From SAR202 cluster bacterium (lineage in GTDB: Bacteria; Chloroflexota; Dehalococcoidia; Lucifugimonadales; VGZR01): 64,000 nucleotides of DNA. The notes under the pieces are model-generated. The model was not told where the DNA came from, did no database searches, and was given only the letters and a program-made list of their open reading frames with translations. How positions within the stretch are numbered: the stretch's first letter is position 1; each line of letters starts with the position of its first letter. The stretch spans positions 20,655 to 84,654 of the forward strand of contig VGZR01000003.1 of assembly GCA_016872515.1 (NCBI GenBank), given 5' to 3'. The translations under genes were made by a program, and so were the position numbers. This document shows, piece after piece, positions 9,724 through 19,817 of the stretch.

Positions 9724-10827
9724 TTGGCCATCAGGACTGAGCCGGTAACCGTCAACCTAGGGCCGCAACACCCGAGCACTCACGGGGTGTTCCGGCTGCG
9801 TGTGACCTTCGACGGCGAGGTGGTGCTGGACGTTGAGCCGGTCTTCGGCTACCTGCACCGCGGGACGGAGAAGCTGGCGGAGGAGCGCACCTATGTGCAG
9901 GTGGTTACGCTTACCGACCGGCTGGACTACGTCTCGGCCATGACGAACAACCTCGCCTATGTGCGCGCGGTGGAGAAGCTTGCAGGCATCGAGGTGCCGG
10001 AGCGGGCCAAGTACCTCCGGGTCATCTCATCCGAACTTCAACGGATCGCTAGCCACCTCATCGCCACCGGCTTTCTGCTCCAGGAGTTGGGCGCGTTCGC
10101 CACTCCGCTGATGTACTGCTTCCGGGAGCGGGAGCGCATCCTCGAACTGTTCGAGATGTTGTGCGGGGCGCGCATCACGGTGAGCTACATGCGGCCCGGC
10201 GGAGTGCTCCAGGACGCGCCGGAAGACTTCTGGCCAGCGCTGGACGAATTGGTCAAGGCGATGCCCCAGTACATAGAGGAACTGGAAGGCCTCATCACCT
10301 CTAACGAAATCGTCCTGGCCCGCACGAAAGACGTAGGTGTCTTGACCGCGGAGAAGGCTATCAATGCCTCGGTCACCGGGCCGATGCTGCGTGCGACAGG
10401 GGTGCAGTGGGACTTGCGCAAAGCCGACCCCCACGAGGTGTACGACCGGGTGGAATTCGACGTGCCCATCGGCGCCATCGGCGACACCTATGACCGTTAC
10501 CTGGTGCGCGTCCAGGAGATGCGCCAGAGCCTGCGCATCATCGAGCAGTGCGTCAAGCAGATCCCCAAAGGCGACATCCGTTCGCGGACGGCCTACTTCA
10601 TCCGGCCGCCGGTGGGCGATGCCTACGGGGCCGTGGAGAGCCCAAAAGGGGAGCTGGGGTTCTATCTAGTGAGCGACGGTGGCATCGCGCCCTACCGGTG
10701 CAAGATACGCTCTCCTTCCTTTATCAATCTGACCGTGTTGCGGGACCTGCTGGCCGGCTGGAAGATGGCCGACCTCATCATCATCTTCGGAAGCACTGAC
10801 ATCGTTCTGGGAGAGGTGGACCGCTAG
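9724..10827 (+). CDS. nuoD: NADH-quinone oxidoreductase subunit D
   Basis: NLGPQHPSTHG, GYLHRG.EK, DRLDY, GEVDR; no NiFe-binding CxxC pairs. Confidence 0.96.
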   Translation: MAIRTEPVTVNLGPQHPSTHGVFRLRVTFDGEVVLDVEPVFGYLHRGTEKLAEERTYVQVVTLTDRLDYVSAMTNNLAYVRAVEKLAGIEVPERAKYLRVISSELQRIASHLIATGFLLQELGAFATPLMYCFRERERILELFEMLCGARITVSYMRPGGVLQDAPEDFWPALDELVKAMPQYIEELEGLITSNEIVLARTKDVGVLTAEKAINASVTGPMLRATGVQWDLRKADPHEVYDRVEFDVPIGAIGDTYDRYLVRVQEMRQSLRIIEQCVKQIPKGDIRSRTAYFIRPPVGDAYGAVESPKGELGFYLVSDGGIAPYRCKIRSPSFINLTVLRDLLAGWKMADLIIIFGSTDIVLGEVDR

Positions 10828-12038
10828 TGGAAGGGCAGGCCGTCAAGGCAGGCTTCGACTTTCTCGGCATCTACGGGTTCTTCGACGGGCTGATGCCCGA
10901 GAGCCTAGACTGGCTGGCGTTTCTTGTGGCCGGCTTCATTCTCGCCTTCGCCATCATCAACGCGCTGGTGGTCTCGACGGCGGTGTACACCTGGTTCGAG
11001 CGCCGGGCGCTGGGCAAGTTCCAGTCGAGGCTTGGGCCGAATCGCTGGGGGCCGTTCGGGCTGCTCCAGCCTATCGCCGATGTGGTCAAATTCATGTCGA
11101 AAGAGGACACGGTGCCCGACGGCGCCGACCGGCAGGTGTTCACGCTGGCGCCCATCGTGTTTGTAGCCACCGGCTTTCTGGTCTTCGCCCTCATCCCTTT
11201 GGGGAGTAACGATTGGCTGAGCCGGCTCAACATCGGCCTCGTGTTCATCATCGCGGTGACATCGGTGAACACGCTAGCCATCTTCATGGCGGGCTGGTCA
11301 TCGCGGAACAAGTACGCGATGTTCGGAGCCATGCGCGGCGTCGCCATGCTCATCAGTTACGAGGTGCCGATGGCCCTTGCCATCGCTGCGGTGGCCCTGG
11401 CGAGCCAGTCGCTCTCTACATACACTGTGGTCACCAACCAAGAGGTGCCGTTCATGCTGGTCATGCCACTGGCCTTCTTCATCTTCGTCGCAGCGGCTTC
11501 GGCCGAGATGAGCCGGACGCCTTTCGACCTCATCGAGTCGGAGTCGGAACTCGGCTCTGGCTATCACACCGAGTACAGCGGGATGAAATTCGCGCTGTTC
11601 CAACTCGCCGAGTTCATGGCGCCCATCATCGTCTCGTGTATCGTGGCCACGCTGTTCCTGTCGGGTTGGCGAGGCTGGGGCCCCATCCCTGGCCAGGTAT
11701 GGTTCATACTCAAGGCGCTGGTCGTGCTGTGTGCACTGCTGTGGTTCCGGGCCACGTGGCCCCGCTTGCGGGTTGACCAGATCATGGAGTTCGCATGGAA
11801 GGGGCTGTTCCCCCTGTCGCTGCTGAACCTGTTCGCGGTGGCTACCGAGATTCAACTGCTGCGCGACCCAGTGACGGGCGCGCTGACGGATAGCGACATG
11901 TGGGCGATGGCGGCCATCAACTGGGCCATCACGGGTATTGTCTTCCTGGCGGTAAGCCGCATGTTCGCCCGCAAGCAGCTCCAGCGTCCCTTGCCGAAGC
12001 CGTCGCCGTTGGCCAACATGGGTGCGGAGGCGGAATAG
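10827..12038 (+). CDS. nuoH: NADH-quinone oxidoreductase subunit H
   Basis: ERR..R.GPNR, QPIAD, SYEVP, PFDL.E.ESEL..GY.TEYSG. Confidence 0.96.
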   Translation: MEGQAVKAGFDFLGIYGFFDGLMPESLDWLAFLVAGFILAFAIINALVVSTAVYTWFERRALGKFQSRLGPNRWGPFGLLQPIADVVKFMSKEDTVPDGADRQVFTLAPIVFVATGFLVFALIPLGSNDWLSRLNIGLVFIIAVTSVNTLAIFMAGWSSRNKYAMFGAMRGVAMLISYEVPMALAIAAVALASQSLSTYTVVTNQEVPFMLVMPLAFFIFVAAASAEMSRTPFDLIESESELGSGYHTEYSGMKFALFQLAEFMAPIIVSCIVATLFLSGWRGWGPIPGQVWFILKALVVLCALLWFRATWPRLRVDQIMEFAWKGLFPLSLLNLFAVATEIQLLRDPVTGALTDSDMWAMAAINWAITGIVFLAVSRMFARKQLQRPLPKPSPLANMGAEAE

Positions 12039-12040
12039 CC

Positions 12041-12712
12041 GTGTACGGTGCGGGGATGGCCAAAGGGCTGCTGGTGACGATGAAGAACTTTGTCAAGCCA
12101 GACCGGATGTTCACCGTCCAGTATCCCGACCGGAAAGTCAGCCCGACCGAATTGGCGAAGATGTCGGGAGTCGGCGTGTTCACGTTCATGCGCAAGAACC
12201 CAAAGACCGCGTTTAAGGCGATGACCGGGCAGATGACGGTACCCGCGAGGCTCAAACAGCACCCCCGGTTCCGTGGAGAAGAGTTCACCTGGTACGAGCA
12301 GCGGTGCACCGGCTGCGCCAGCTGCGCAAAATACTGCCCTCTCGGCATCATCCGCATCGTGACCAGCCCCAGCGGCGAGCAGGTGCAAGAGGGTCAGAAG
12401 TACCACCTAGATGTGTTCGACATAGATATAGGAAGGTGTATGTTCTGCGGCCTATGCGTCGAAGCGTGCCCCTACGATGCGCTGCACATGGGTAGCGGGT
12501 TCGAGGAAGGCAAGTACCGTCGGAAGGACCTCGTGGTCACGGTGGACCGGCTGAAGTCGCAGCCGAAGCATCCGAGCACCTGGTTCCGTCCGCAGATACA
12601 GGGCAAGGAAGGCTACCACCCGCATGGCGAAAAGGACGTGACTTGGCAAGAGGCCGGCCGTCATGAACAGCCGAGCCGGAAGCACCAAGAGGAGAAGTGG
12701 GCGAAGCGCTGA
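12041..12712 (+). CDS. nuoI: NADH-quinone oxidoreductase subunit I
   Basis: Two CxxCxxCxxxCP motifs, QYP, RFRG. Start at GTG 12041 after GGAGG. Confidence 0.93.
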   Translation: MYGAGMAKGLLVTMKNFVKPDRMFTVQYPDRKVSPTELAKMSGVGVFTFMRKNPKTAFKAMTGQMTVPARLKQHPRFRGEEFTWYEQRCTGCASCAKYCPLGIIRIVTSPSGEQVQEGQKYHLDVFDIDIGRCMFCGLCVEACPYDALHMGSGFEEGKYRRKDLVVTVDRLKSQPKHPSTWFRPQIQGKEGYHPHGEKDVTWQEAGRHEQPSRKHQEEKWAKR

Positions 12713-13269
12713 TGCTGGGCGAAGGGACTGAGTCGAGCGTCATAACCGACGTCATCTTCTGGGTCATCGCGGTGGGCACCATCGTGGCGGCCATCGCGGT
12801 GGTGCAGTTGCGAGACCTGTTCCGCGCCGCGTTGTTCCTCGTCGTCGCGTTCCTGGGCGCGGCGGGCATGTTCGTCCTGCTGCGCGCCGAATTCATCGCG
12901 GTCGTGCAGGTGCTCATCTACGTCGGCGCGATCTCAGTGCTCATCATCTTTGCCATCATGACGACCCGCGAGGTCGAGCAGGGCAGCCCGTACAACAGAC
13001 TCCAGGTTCCTGCGCTCATCCTGGCCGGGCTGTTCTTGGCAGGAGTGATCTTCGTCATCTTCAGCACTGAATGGAACGTCCTGGACACGGCCATCAGCGG
13101 CGGCAGGCTCGCTGATGAGACGGCGACGAAGGCGAGTGAGGTGTTCGCGGGAACGGTCCCGAGAATCGCGGGGCTGCTCATCCGCGAGTACGTGCTGGCA
13201 TTCGAGGTAGCATCGGTGGTGTTGCTGGCGGCCATCATCGGGGCGCTCAGTCTGATGCGGGAGCGGTAG
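12712..13269 (+). CDS. nuoJ: NADH-quinone oxidoreductase subunit J
   Basis: QVLIYVGAISVL, FEVASVVLLAAIIGA; TGATG coupling to nuoI. Confidence 0.94.
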   Translation: MLGEGTESSVITDVIFWVIAVGTIVAAIAVVQLRDLFRAALFLVVAFLGAAGMFVLLRAEFIAVVQVLIYVGAISVLIIFAIMTTREVEQGSPYNRLQVPALILAGLFLAGVIFVIFSTEWNVLDTAISGGRLADETATKASEVFAGTVPRIAGLLIREYVLAFEVASVVLLAAIIGALSLMRER

Positions 13270-13273
13270 GAAG

Positions 13274-13627
13274 ATGGGCCTGGAAAGTTTCCTAGCCGTC
13301 GGGGCCATCATCTTCTGCATCGGGCTGTATGGGGCGCTGACGAAGCGCAACGCCATCACGGTCTTGATGTGCATCGAACTGATGTTCACCGCCGTGAACA
13401 TCACCGCGGTGACGCTGTCTCGCTACGTGGTGCCTGCGGGCCTGGCGGAGAACCCGGCTTCGGTCTCCGATGACGTACTCCAGACACTTCTGACCGGCCA
13501 GGTCTTCACCATCTTCATCATCACCGTCGCCGCGGCCGAGGTCGCTCTGGGCCTCGCCATCGTCATGGCCGTGTTCAAGAACCGCGAGAGCGTGTTCGTC
13601 ACCGACGCGACCGAGATGAAGCACTGA
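13274..13627 (+). CDS. nuoK: NADH-quinone oxidoreductase subunit K
   Basis: LMCIELM, VAAAEVALGLA. Confidence 0.94.
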   Translation: MGLESFLAVGAIIFCIGLYGALTKRNAITVLMCIELMFTAVNITAVTLSRYVVPAGLAENPASVSDDVLQTLLTGQVFTIFIITVAAAEVALGLAIVMAVFKNRESVFVTDATEMKH

Positions 13628-13628
13628 T

Positions 13629-13823
13629 ATGTTCGTTGAGTACAAGAAGGCGCCTAATCTGATGATTGCCGAGATGTGGAAGGACGCTCTGGAGGCCGAG
13701 GGTCTTCCCACGAAGATCCTGCCCGAGGGCGACATCCTGACCTGGGGCGAGCGGGTCCCTTACCGAGTCATGGTGCCGAGGGGCCGCGAGCACGTCGCCG
13801 ACGAGATTCTGAGGAAGCTGTGA
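13629..13823 (+). CDS. Small soluble protein (DUF2007-like) inside the nuo operon
   Basis: 64 aa filling the nuoK-nuoL gap with 1-nt and 10-nt spacers; AEMWKDALEAEG..Y.VMVP..A.EIL pattern resembles DUF2007. Confidence 0.75.
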   Translation: MFVEYKKAPNLMIAEMWKDALEAEGLPTKILPEGDILTWGERVPYRVMVPRGREHVADEILRKL

Positions 13824-13833
13824 CGGCCACCAG

Positions 13834-15807
13834 ATGATTTCAGAGATCGCCGTCTGGCTCGTCTTCTTCCTGCCGCTCGCCTCTTTCGTGGCGATTGCGT
13901 TCGTTATCCGGCCCTTCCTGAACGGCTATGCCGTGACCGCTGGATACGTCTCTATCCTCGCCATCGCGACGTCGCTGGCGCTGTCCGTCTGGGCGCTGGG
14001 GACCGTGGCGCACGAGCACACCTCGGTCGAGTTCGCGCCGCACCGCTGGCTCACCATCGGGACGTTGGAGATATCGCTGGGCGTCACCCTGGACTCCCTG
14101 ACGGCGGTGATGCTGCTCGTGGTCACGAGCGTGAGCCTGATGGTGCAGGTGTACTCGACAGGCTATATGAAGGGCGACCCGGGCTACGCGCGCTACTACG
14201 CCTACCTGTCGCTGTTCACCGCGTCCATGCTGGGCCTCGTGCTAGCTAGCAGCCTAGTGCAATTGTTCGTGTTCTGGGAGCTGGTCGGCCTGTGCTCGTA
14301 CCTCCTTATCGGATTCTGGTACCACAAGCCGTCGGCGGCCGCGGCAGCCAAGAAGGCGTTCATCGTGACGAGGATCGGCGACTTCGGACTGCTGCTGGCC
14401 CTGCTCTACCTGTTCTTCAACCAGGATAAGTTCCCCGCGGGCCTCAACGCCCTGAACATCAGCGACATCAACGATGCCGCCCTGGGCGTGCTCGGTAGCA
14501 ACGTGGTGACGTGGATTGCGGTGGGCATCTTCGCCGGCGCGGTGGGAAAGTCGGCGCAGTTCCCGCTGCATACGTGGCTGCCCGACGCGATGGAAGGCCC
14601 GACGCCGGTCAGCGCCCTCATCCATGCGGCGACGATGGTGGCTGCGGGCGTGTTCTTGGTCGCGCGCTTCTTCCCTCTGTTCGAGGCCTCGACGACGGCG
14701 ATGAACGCGGTGGCGGTCATCGGCGGGGTCACGGCCATCTTCGCAGCCACGATGGGTCTGGTGCAGCACGACATCAAGCGTGTCCTGGCCTACTCGACGG
14801 TCAGCCAGCTTGGGTACATGATGCTGGCCCTCGGGGTCGGCGCGTACGGCGCGGCCATCTTCCATCTGTTCACCCATGCCTTCTTCAAGGCGTTGTTGTT
14901 CCTCGGCTCCGGCAGCGTGAGCCACGCTGCGGGCGGCACGTTCGACATGCGCTACATGGGTGGGCTGCGTAAGGTGATGCCCTGGACGTACGTGACCTTC
15001 TTGGTCGGGAGCCTGAGCCTCGCGGGTCTGTTCCCGTTGGCCGGGTTCTGGAGCAAGGACGAGATCCTGGCGCACGCGTGGGGCGCGGAGGGCGCGGTCA
15101 GCCAGGTGGTGTTCTGGCTCGCCCTAGTTTCCGTGTTCCTGACGGCGTTCTATATGTTCCGCGCTTTGTTCATGACGTTCGAGGGCGACTTCAAGGGAGG
15201 CGCGGCCAAGGACCCGAAGGCCGACGCCCACGGCCACCACGGCGAGATGCACCCGCACGAGTCGCCATGGCCGATGGTGGCGCCGCTGGTGCTACTGGGC
15301 CTCGCGGCCGCCGCGGTGGGCTTCATCGCCAACCCCATCACCGACCTCGGCGTCGTGCCGATCCACTGGCTGACGACGTTCCTGTCTGAAGGTGCTGCGC
15401 ATGAGACGGTCGAGTTCAACGTCGGCGTGGCGACCATCTCGAGCGCGATTGCCTTGGCGGGCATCGTGCTGGCCTACACGATTTACGGCGTCCGGCGCCC
15501 GGCCATCTCGCCGGAGGCGATGGGGCGGTGGTTCAGGCCCGTGCACACTCTGTTCTACCGCAAATACTACTTCGATGAGTTGTACGAAGGTGTCTTGGTG
15601 CGCGGCGTCTTCTACCGGGGCGTTGCGCAGGCGCTGGACTGGGCGGACAAGTCCATCGTGGACGGCGTGGTGAGGATGGTGGACCGCCTTGGACGCAACA
15701 CTGGGCGGGCCATGGGACAGCTCCAGAACGGCCAGCTCCAGGGGTACGGTTTGGCGATTTCAGTGGGCGTGCTGTTGATCTTCGGTGTCTATCTGTTGTT
15801 CCGATGA
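13834..15807 (+). CDS. nuoL: NADH-quinone oxidoreductase subunit L
   Basis: FWELVGLCSY, GKSAQFPLHTWLPDAMEGPTPVSALIHAATMV, HAFFKALLF. Confidence 0.97.
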   Translation: MISEIAVWLVFFLPLASFVAIAFVIRPFLNGYAVTAGYVSILAIATSLALSVWALGTVAHEHTSVEFAPHRWLTIGTLEISLGVTLDSLTAVMLLVVTSVSLMVQVYSTGYMKGDPGYARYYAYLSLFTASMLGLVLASSLVQLFVFWELVGLCSYLLIGFWYHKPSAAAAAKKAFIVTRIGDFGLLLALLYLFFNQDKFPAGLNALNISDINDAALGVLGSNVVTWIAVGIFAGAVGKSAQFPLHTWLPDAMEGPTPVSALIHAATMVAAGVFLVARFFPLFEASTTAMNAVAVIGGVTAIFAATMGLVQHDIKRVLAYSTVSQLGYMMLALGVGAYGAAIFHLFTHAFFKALLFLGSGSVSHAAGGTFDMRYMGGLRKVMPWTYVTFLVGSLSLAGLFPLAGFWSKDEILAHAWGAEGAVSQVVFWLALVSVFLTAFYMFRALFMTFEGDFKGGAAKDPKADAHGHHGEMHPHESPWPMVAPLVLLGLAAAAVGFIANPITDLGVVPIHWLTTFLSEGAAHETVEFNVGVATISSAIALAGIVLAYTIYGVRRPAISPEAMGRWFRPVHTLFYRKYYFDELYEGVLVRGVFYRGVAQALDWADKSIVDGVVRMVDRLGRNTGRAMGQLQNGQLQGYGLAISVGVLLIFGVYLLFR

Positions 15808-15843
15808 TGAGGGCAGGCACAGGCATGACAGAGGTTGGTGGCG

Positions 15844-17361
15844 ATGCCTGAGGGTTTCTCGGGACTATTGACCACGGCGGTGTTCCTGCCCCTAGCGGGG
15901 GCGTTGCTTATCGCGCTCCTCGTCAAGGGCGACAAACGTGTGCGCGCCGTGGCCGGCATCATCGCCCTGGCCGAGTTGGTGTTGAGCGTCGTCATCTTCG
16001 TCAACTATGACCGGGACGCCGCGGGTTTCCAGATGGTGGACCGGGTCACGGACTGGGTGGGCGCGCCCTCTCTGAAGATTGATTACTTCTTGGGGTTGGA
16101 CGGCCTGAGCGCGCCGCTGGTGCTGCTGACAGGCATCCTTGGCTTCGTGGCCATCATCTCGTCCTTTTTCAGCGTCAAACAGCGGGTGCGCGAGTACTTC
16201 GTGTGGCTGCTGGTGCTCCAGACCGCGGTGATGGGCGTTTTCACAGCGCTGGACTTCATCATGTTCTTCCTGCTGTGGGAGCTCGAGCTGGTGCCGATGT
16301 TCTTCCTCATCTCGATATGGGGGAGCGGCAGGCGCGAGTACTCGGCCATGAAGTTCGTCATCTTCACGTTCCTGGGCAGCGCGTTCATGCTTGTGGGCAT
16401 CCTGGTCCTGTACTTCTCCACAGGCACGTTCGACATGACGGCGTTGCCCGAGAGTATAGAAGGGGCGAGGCTGCTCTTGCCTGCGGGCGCTGTCTTCGGG
16501 CTGTTGTTTGCGGGCTTTGCCATCAAACTGCCGGTCTGGCCATTGCATACGTGGCTGCCCGATGCGCACACCGACGCGCCGACGGCGGTCAGCGTGATGC
16601 TGGCGGGCGTGCTGCTGAAGATGGGTGGTTACGGGATGATCCGGGTGTCGGCCACCATGTTCCCCGGGGTGATGGACGACTTGGCATGGCTGCTGGCCAC
16701 GGCGGGGGTGGTGAATATCTTATATGGGGCCGTGGTCACGATGCGACAGACCGACCTGAAGCGACTGGTAGCCTTCAGTAGCATCAGCCACATGGGGTTC
16801 GTCCTGCTCGGCCTGTCTGCGGTGGCGGGCGCGGCCTCGTCGGTCGGGATGACCGGCGCCTCGCTCCAGATGTTCACCCACGGCACCATCACGGGCCTGA
16901 TGTTCCTGCTGGTGGGCCTGGTGTACGACCGGGCGCACACCCGCTACATCCCTGACCTGGGCGGCCTGGCCTCTCGGATGCCTGCGCTGGCGGTTGGATT
17001 CCTGGTAGCGGGCCTGGCGTCGCTGGGCCTGCCAGGCACGAGCGGCTTCGTGGCCGAATTGTTGATATTCCTGGGGGCGTTCCCGGCCTGGAGCTGGATC
17101 ACGGCCATCTCCGCAACGGGAGTTGTACTCACCGCCGGATACATCCTATGGATGATTCAGCGCACCATGTTCGGCCCGAAGTTGGAGCGGTGGGAGACGC
17201 TGAAGGACCCGTCGCCGTGGGAACTGGTGCCGGTGGCCGTGCTGGTGGCCGTCATCCTGCTGGTGGGCATCTACCCCTCGATCGTGTCGGATGTGTTCCG
17301 TGCGGGCGTTGACCCCATCGCCCAGGCCATCCAGAACGTTCCGGAGGTCGCGTTGAGATGA
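15844..17361 (+). CDS. nuoM: NADH-quinone oxidoreductase subunit M
   Basis: WELELVPM, KLPVWPLHTWLPDAH.DAP, LLKMG.YG. Start could be 15835. Confidence 0.96.
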   Translation: MPEGFSGLLTTAVFLPLAGALLIALLVKGDKRVRAVAGIIALAELVLSVVIFVNYDRDAAGFQMVDRVTDWVGAPSLKIDYFLGLDGLSAPLVLLTGILGFVAIISSFFSVKQRVREYFVWLLVLQTAVMGVFTALDFIMFFLLWELELVPMFFLISIWGSGRREYSAMKFVIFTFLGSAFMLVGILVLYFSTGTFDMTALPESIEGARLLLPAGAVFGLLFAGFAIKLPVWPLHTWLPDAHTDAPTAVSVMLAGVLLKMGGYGMIRVSATMFPGVMDDLAWLLATAGVVNILYGAVVTMRQTDLKRLVAFSSISHMGFVLLGLSAVAGAASSVGMTGASLQMFTHGTITGLMFLLVGLVYDRAHTRYIPDLGGLASRMPALAVGFLVAGLASLGLPGTSGFVAELLIFLGAFPAWSWITAISATGVVLTAGYILWMIQRTMFGPKLERWETLKDPSPWELVPVAVLVAVILLVGIYPSIVSDVFRAGVDPIAQAIQNVPEVALR

Positions 17362-18866
17362 CAGGGCACGACCTCTACCTGCTCTCGCCCGAGTTGAGCA
17401 TGGCCGGACTGGCGACCATCCTGGTCGTGCTCGACCTCTTCCTGGGCCGGAAGGACCTGCTGGCGTGGGTCGCAGTACTGGGCCTGCTGTTGCCGCTGGG
17501 CTTTGCCATATCGTTGTGGGTTGGCCTGGACAGAGACGGCACCGGGCAGATGGCGGGGCTGTTCGACACCCTCTCGGTCGATAAGTTCAGCCTCTTCTTC
17601 AAGTTCCTTTTCATCGGGACCACGGCGGCCGTCGTGCTCACCTCGACCGACTACGTGAAACGCCTGGGCCGCCTACAGGGCGAGTACTACGCCCTCATCC
17701 TGTTCTCTGCCACGGGTATGATGCTCCTGGCGTCCACGACCGAACTCATCACTATCTACATCGCGCTGGAGCTGACGGCGCTGCCGGTGGCGGCGCTGGC
17801 GGCGTTCATGCGTGACAGCCGCTCCTCCGAGTCGGGGATGAAGTTCCTCATCCTGAGCGCCATCAGTTCGGCGGTGCTGCTGTACGGCATGGTATGGGTC
17901 TATGGCTACACAGGTACGACGAACCTGGAGGAGATCGCGCGGCGCATCGGCGACGTCGGCCTGCGGGGCGACCAGCCCTTCGGCGGCTATGCGCTGCTGC
18001 TGGGCGTTGTGCTGATGATTGCGGGGTTCGGATTCAAGATCGCCAGCGTGCCGTTCCAGATGTGGGCGCCCGACGTGTACGAGGGTGCGCCGACGCCGGT
18101 GACGGCCTTCCTGTCGGTGGCGAGTAAGGCGGCGGGCTTCGCAATCCTGCTGCGTATCTTCTACGTCGCCTTCCCCTGGGAGGCGATGAGCCTGGAGTGG
18201 AGCGCCATCTTCGCCATCCTGGCAGTGGCGTCTATGACGCTGGGGAACCTGGTGGCCATCCCGCAGCGCAACATCAAGCGGATGCTGGCGTATAGCACCA
18301 TCGCGCACGCGGGATACCTGCTCGTAGGCCTGGCGGCCGCAACGAGCCGTGCCTCCGAGGGCAACCTGCTCGGCGGGCCGACGGGGATACTGTTCTATCT
18401 GGGCGGATACGCGGTCACCAACATGGCGGCCTTCGGCGCGGTCATCGCCATCTCCAACAAGACAGGGAGCGACCGCATCGAGGACTTCGCCGGCATGGCC
18501 CGGCGCGCGCCGCTGCTGGCGGCGGTACTGACTCTGGCGCTGGTGTCGCTGACGGGTGTGCCGCCCACGGTCGGCTTCATGGTCAAGCTGAACATCTTCG
18601 GCGCGGCGGTGGACAGCGGCCTGACATGGCTAGCGATCGCGGGTGCGTTGAACAGCGTCATCTCGGCCTACTACTACGTGCGGGTAGTGAAGGTGATGTA
18701 CTTGTCGCCGCCCGCTGCCGAGGAGCGCGTGCCCTCGCCGCTGCCGATGACGGTGGCCGTGACCGTGGCGATGGCGGGTGTGGCCTTCTTCGGTGTTTAT
18801 CCGGCGCCCCTGCTGGACTTCGCCAGGACCGCGGCGGCGACGCTGCGCATCGCTCTCATCTTCTAA
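17358..18866 (+). CDS. nuoN: NADH-quinone oxidoreductase subunit N
   Basis: FKIASVPFQMWAPDVYEGAPTP, KRMLAYSTIAHAG, SAYYY. Confidence 0.96.
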   Translation: MTGHDLYLLSPELSMAGLATILVVLDLFLGRKDLLAWVAVLGLLLPLGFAISLWVGLDRDGTGQMAGLFDTLSVDKFSLFFKFLFIGTTAAVVLTSTDYVKRLGRLQGEYYALILFSATGMMLLASTTELITIYIALELTALPVAALAAFMRDSRSSESGMKFLILSAISSAVLLYGMVWVYGYTGTTNLEEIARRIGDVGLRGDQPFGGYALLLGVVLMIAGFGFKIASVPFQMWAPDVYEGAPTPVTAFLSVASKAAGFAILLRIFYVAFPWEAMSLEWSAIFAILAVASMTLGNLVAIPQRNIKRMLAYSTIAHAGYLLVGLAAATSRASEGNLLGGPTGILFYLGGYAVTNMAAFGAVIAISNKTGSDRIEDFAGMARRAPLLAAVLTLALVSLTGVPPTVGFMVKLNIFGAAVDSGLTWLAIAGALNSVISAYYYVRVVKVMYLSPPAAEERVPSPLPMTVAVTVAMAGVAFFGVYPAPLLDFARTAAATLRIALIF

Positions 18867-18953
18867 CCCCCTAGACAAGCCTGCCCGTGTGTAGGAAGCT
18901 TTCGGGAGGCGGCACATGCGCCGCCGAAGCGGAGTGCACGAGGCGAGAGGCCC

Positions 18954-19817
18954 ATGCCGAGAAAACCCGACAAGAAAAAAGAGAAGGCGTTCATAGGCGT
19001 CGTCCACAACCACCTGGTGCCGGAAGCGGCCTCGATGGGCAAGAGCCTCATCGAGGCGCTAGGGGCGAAGGGCGAGTCGTGGATGAGCAGTGCCGACGAG
19101 GTCGGCTCTGTGGGCGACGACCTGGCGAAGACGCGGGCCATCATCACCGTAGGCGGCGACGGCACTATCCTGCGGACGGTCCGCGCGGCCGCGCCGGCGG
19201 GCGTGCCTATTCTCGGCGTGAACATGGGCCGCGTCGGCTTTATGACGGAACTGAAGGCCCAGGACGCCGTCGCCAAGGTCAAGGAGTACATCCACGGTTC
19301 GCCGTGGACGGAGGAGCGCACGATGCTGGTGGCGACGCTGGCGTCCAACTCCGGCCCGCCTAAGGTGGAGGTCCATGGGCTCAACGACGTGGTGACGAGC
19401 CGTGGTGCGATGGCCAAGCTGCTGGAGGTGAAGGCCTCGATAGATGGGGCGCCCATGACGACATACCGGGCCGACGGCGTCATCGTGGCCACCGCGACGG
19501 GAAGTACGGGCTACGCGCTGGCGGCTGGCGGCCCCATCTTGCATCCCCGCTCACAAGAGATGGTGCTGTTGCCCATCGCGGGGCATATGTGCCTCCAGAC
19601 GCCGCTGGTGCTGGTCGAGGACACGGCCATCGTGCTGCACATCGTGAACGACGCGAAGAGCTTTATGAGCGTGGACGGGTTCGTGGCCAAGAACCTGAAG
19701 GTGGACGACCGCATCACGGTGCGGCGGAGCCCGCACGTGGCCCGCTTCCTGCGGACGGGGCCGCCGGAGACGTTCTACACCATGCTGACGCGGCGGCTGG
19801 GCATCGTCGAGCGATGA
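18954..19817 (+). CDS. nadK: NAD kinase
   Basis: GGDGT, GRVGF, LND, DG..VATATGSTGY. Confidence 0.93.
   Translation: MPRKPDKKKEKAFIGVVHNHLVPEAASMGKSLIEALGAKGESWMSSADEVGSVGDDLAKTRAIITVGGDGTILRTVRAAAPAGVPILGVNMGRVGFMTELKAQDAVAKVKEYIHGSPWTEERTMLVATLASNSGPPKVEVHGLNDVVTSRGAMAKLLEVKASIDGAPMTTYRADGVIVATATGSTGYALAAGGPILHPRSQEMVLLPIAGHMCLQTPLVLVEDTAIVLHIVNDAKSFMSVDGFVAKNLKVDDRITVRRSPHVARFLRTGPPETFYTMLTRRLGIVER

Noticed and set aside
9724-10827. Group 4 NiFe hydrogenase interpretation
   Set aside because: No CxxC nickel ligands; quinone-site His/Tyr motifs and the GEVDR end indicate NuoD.
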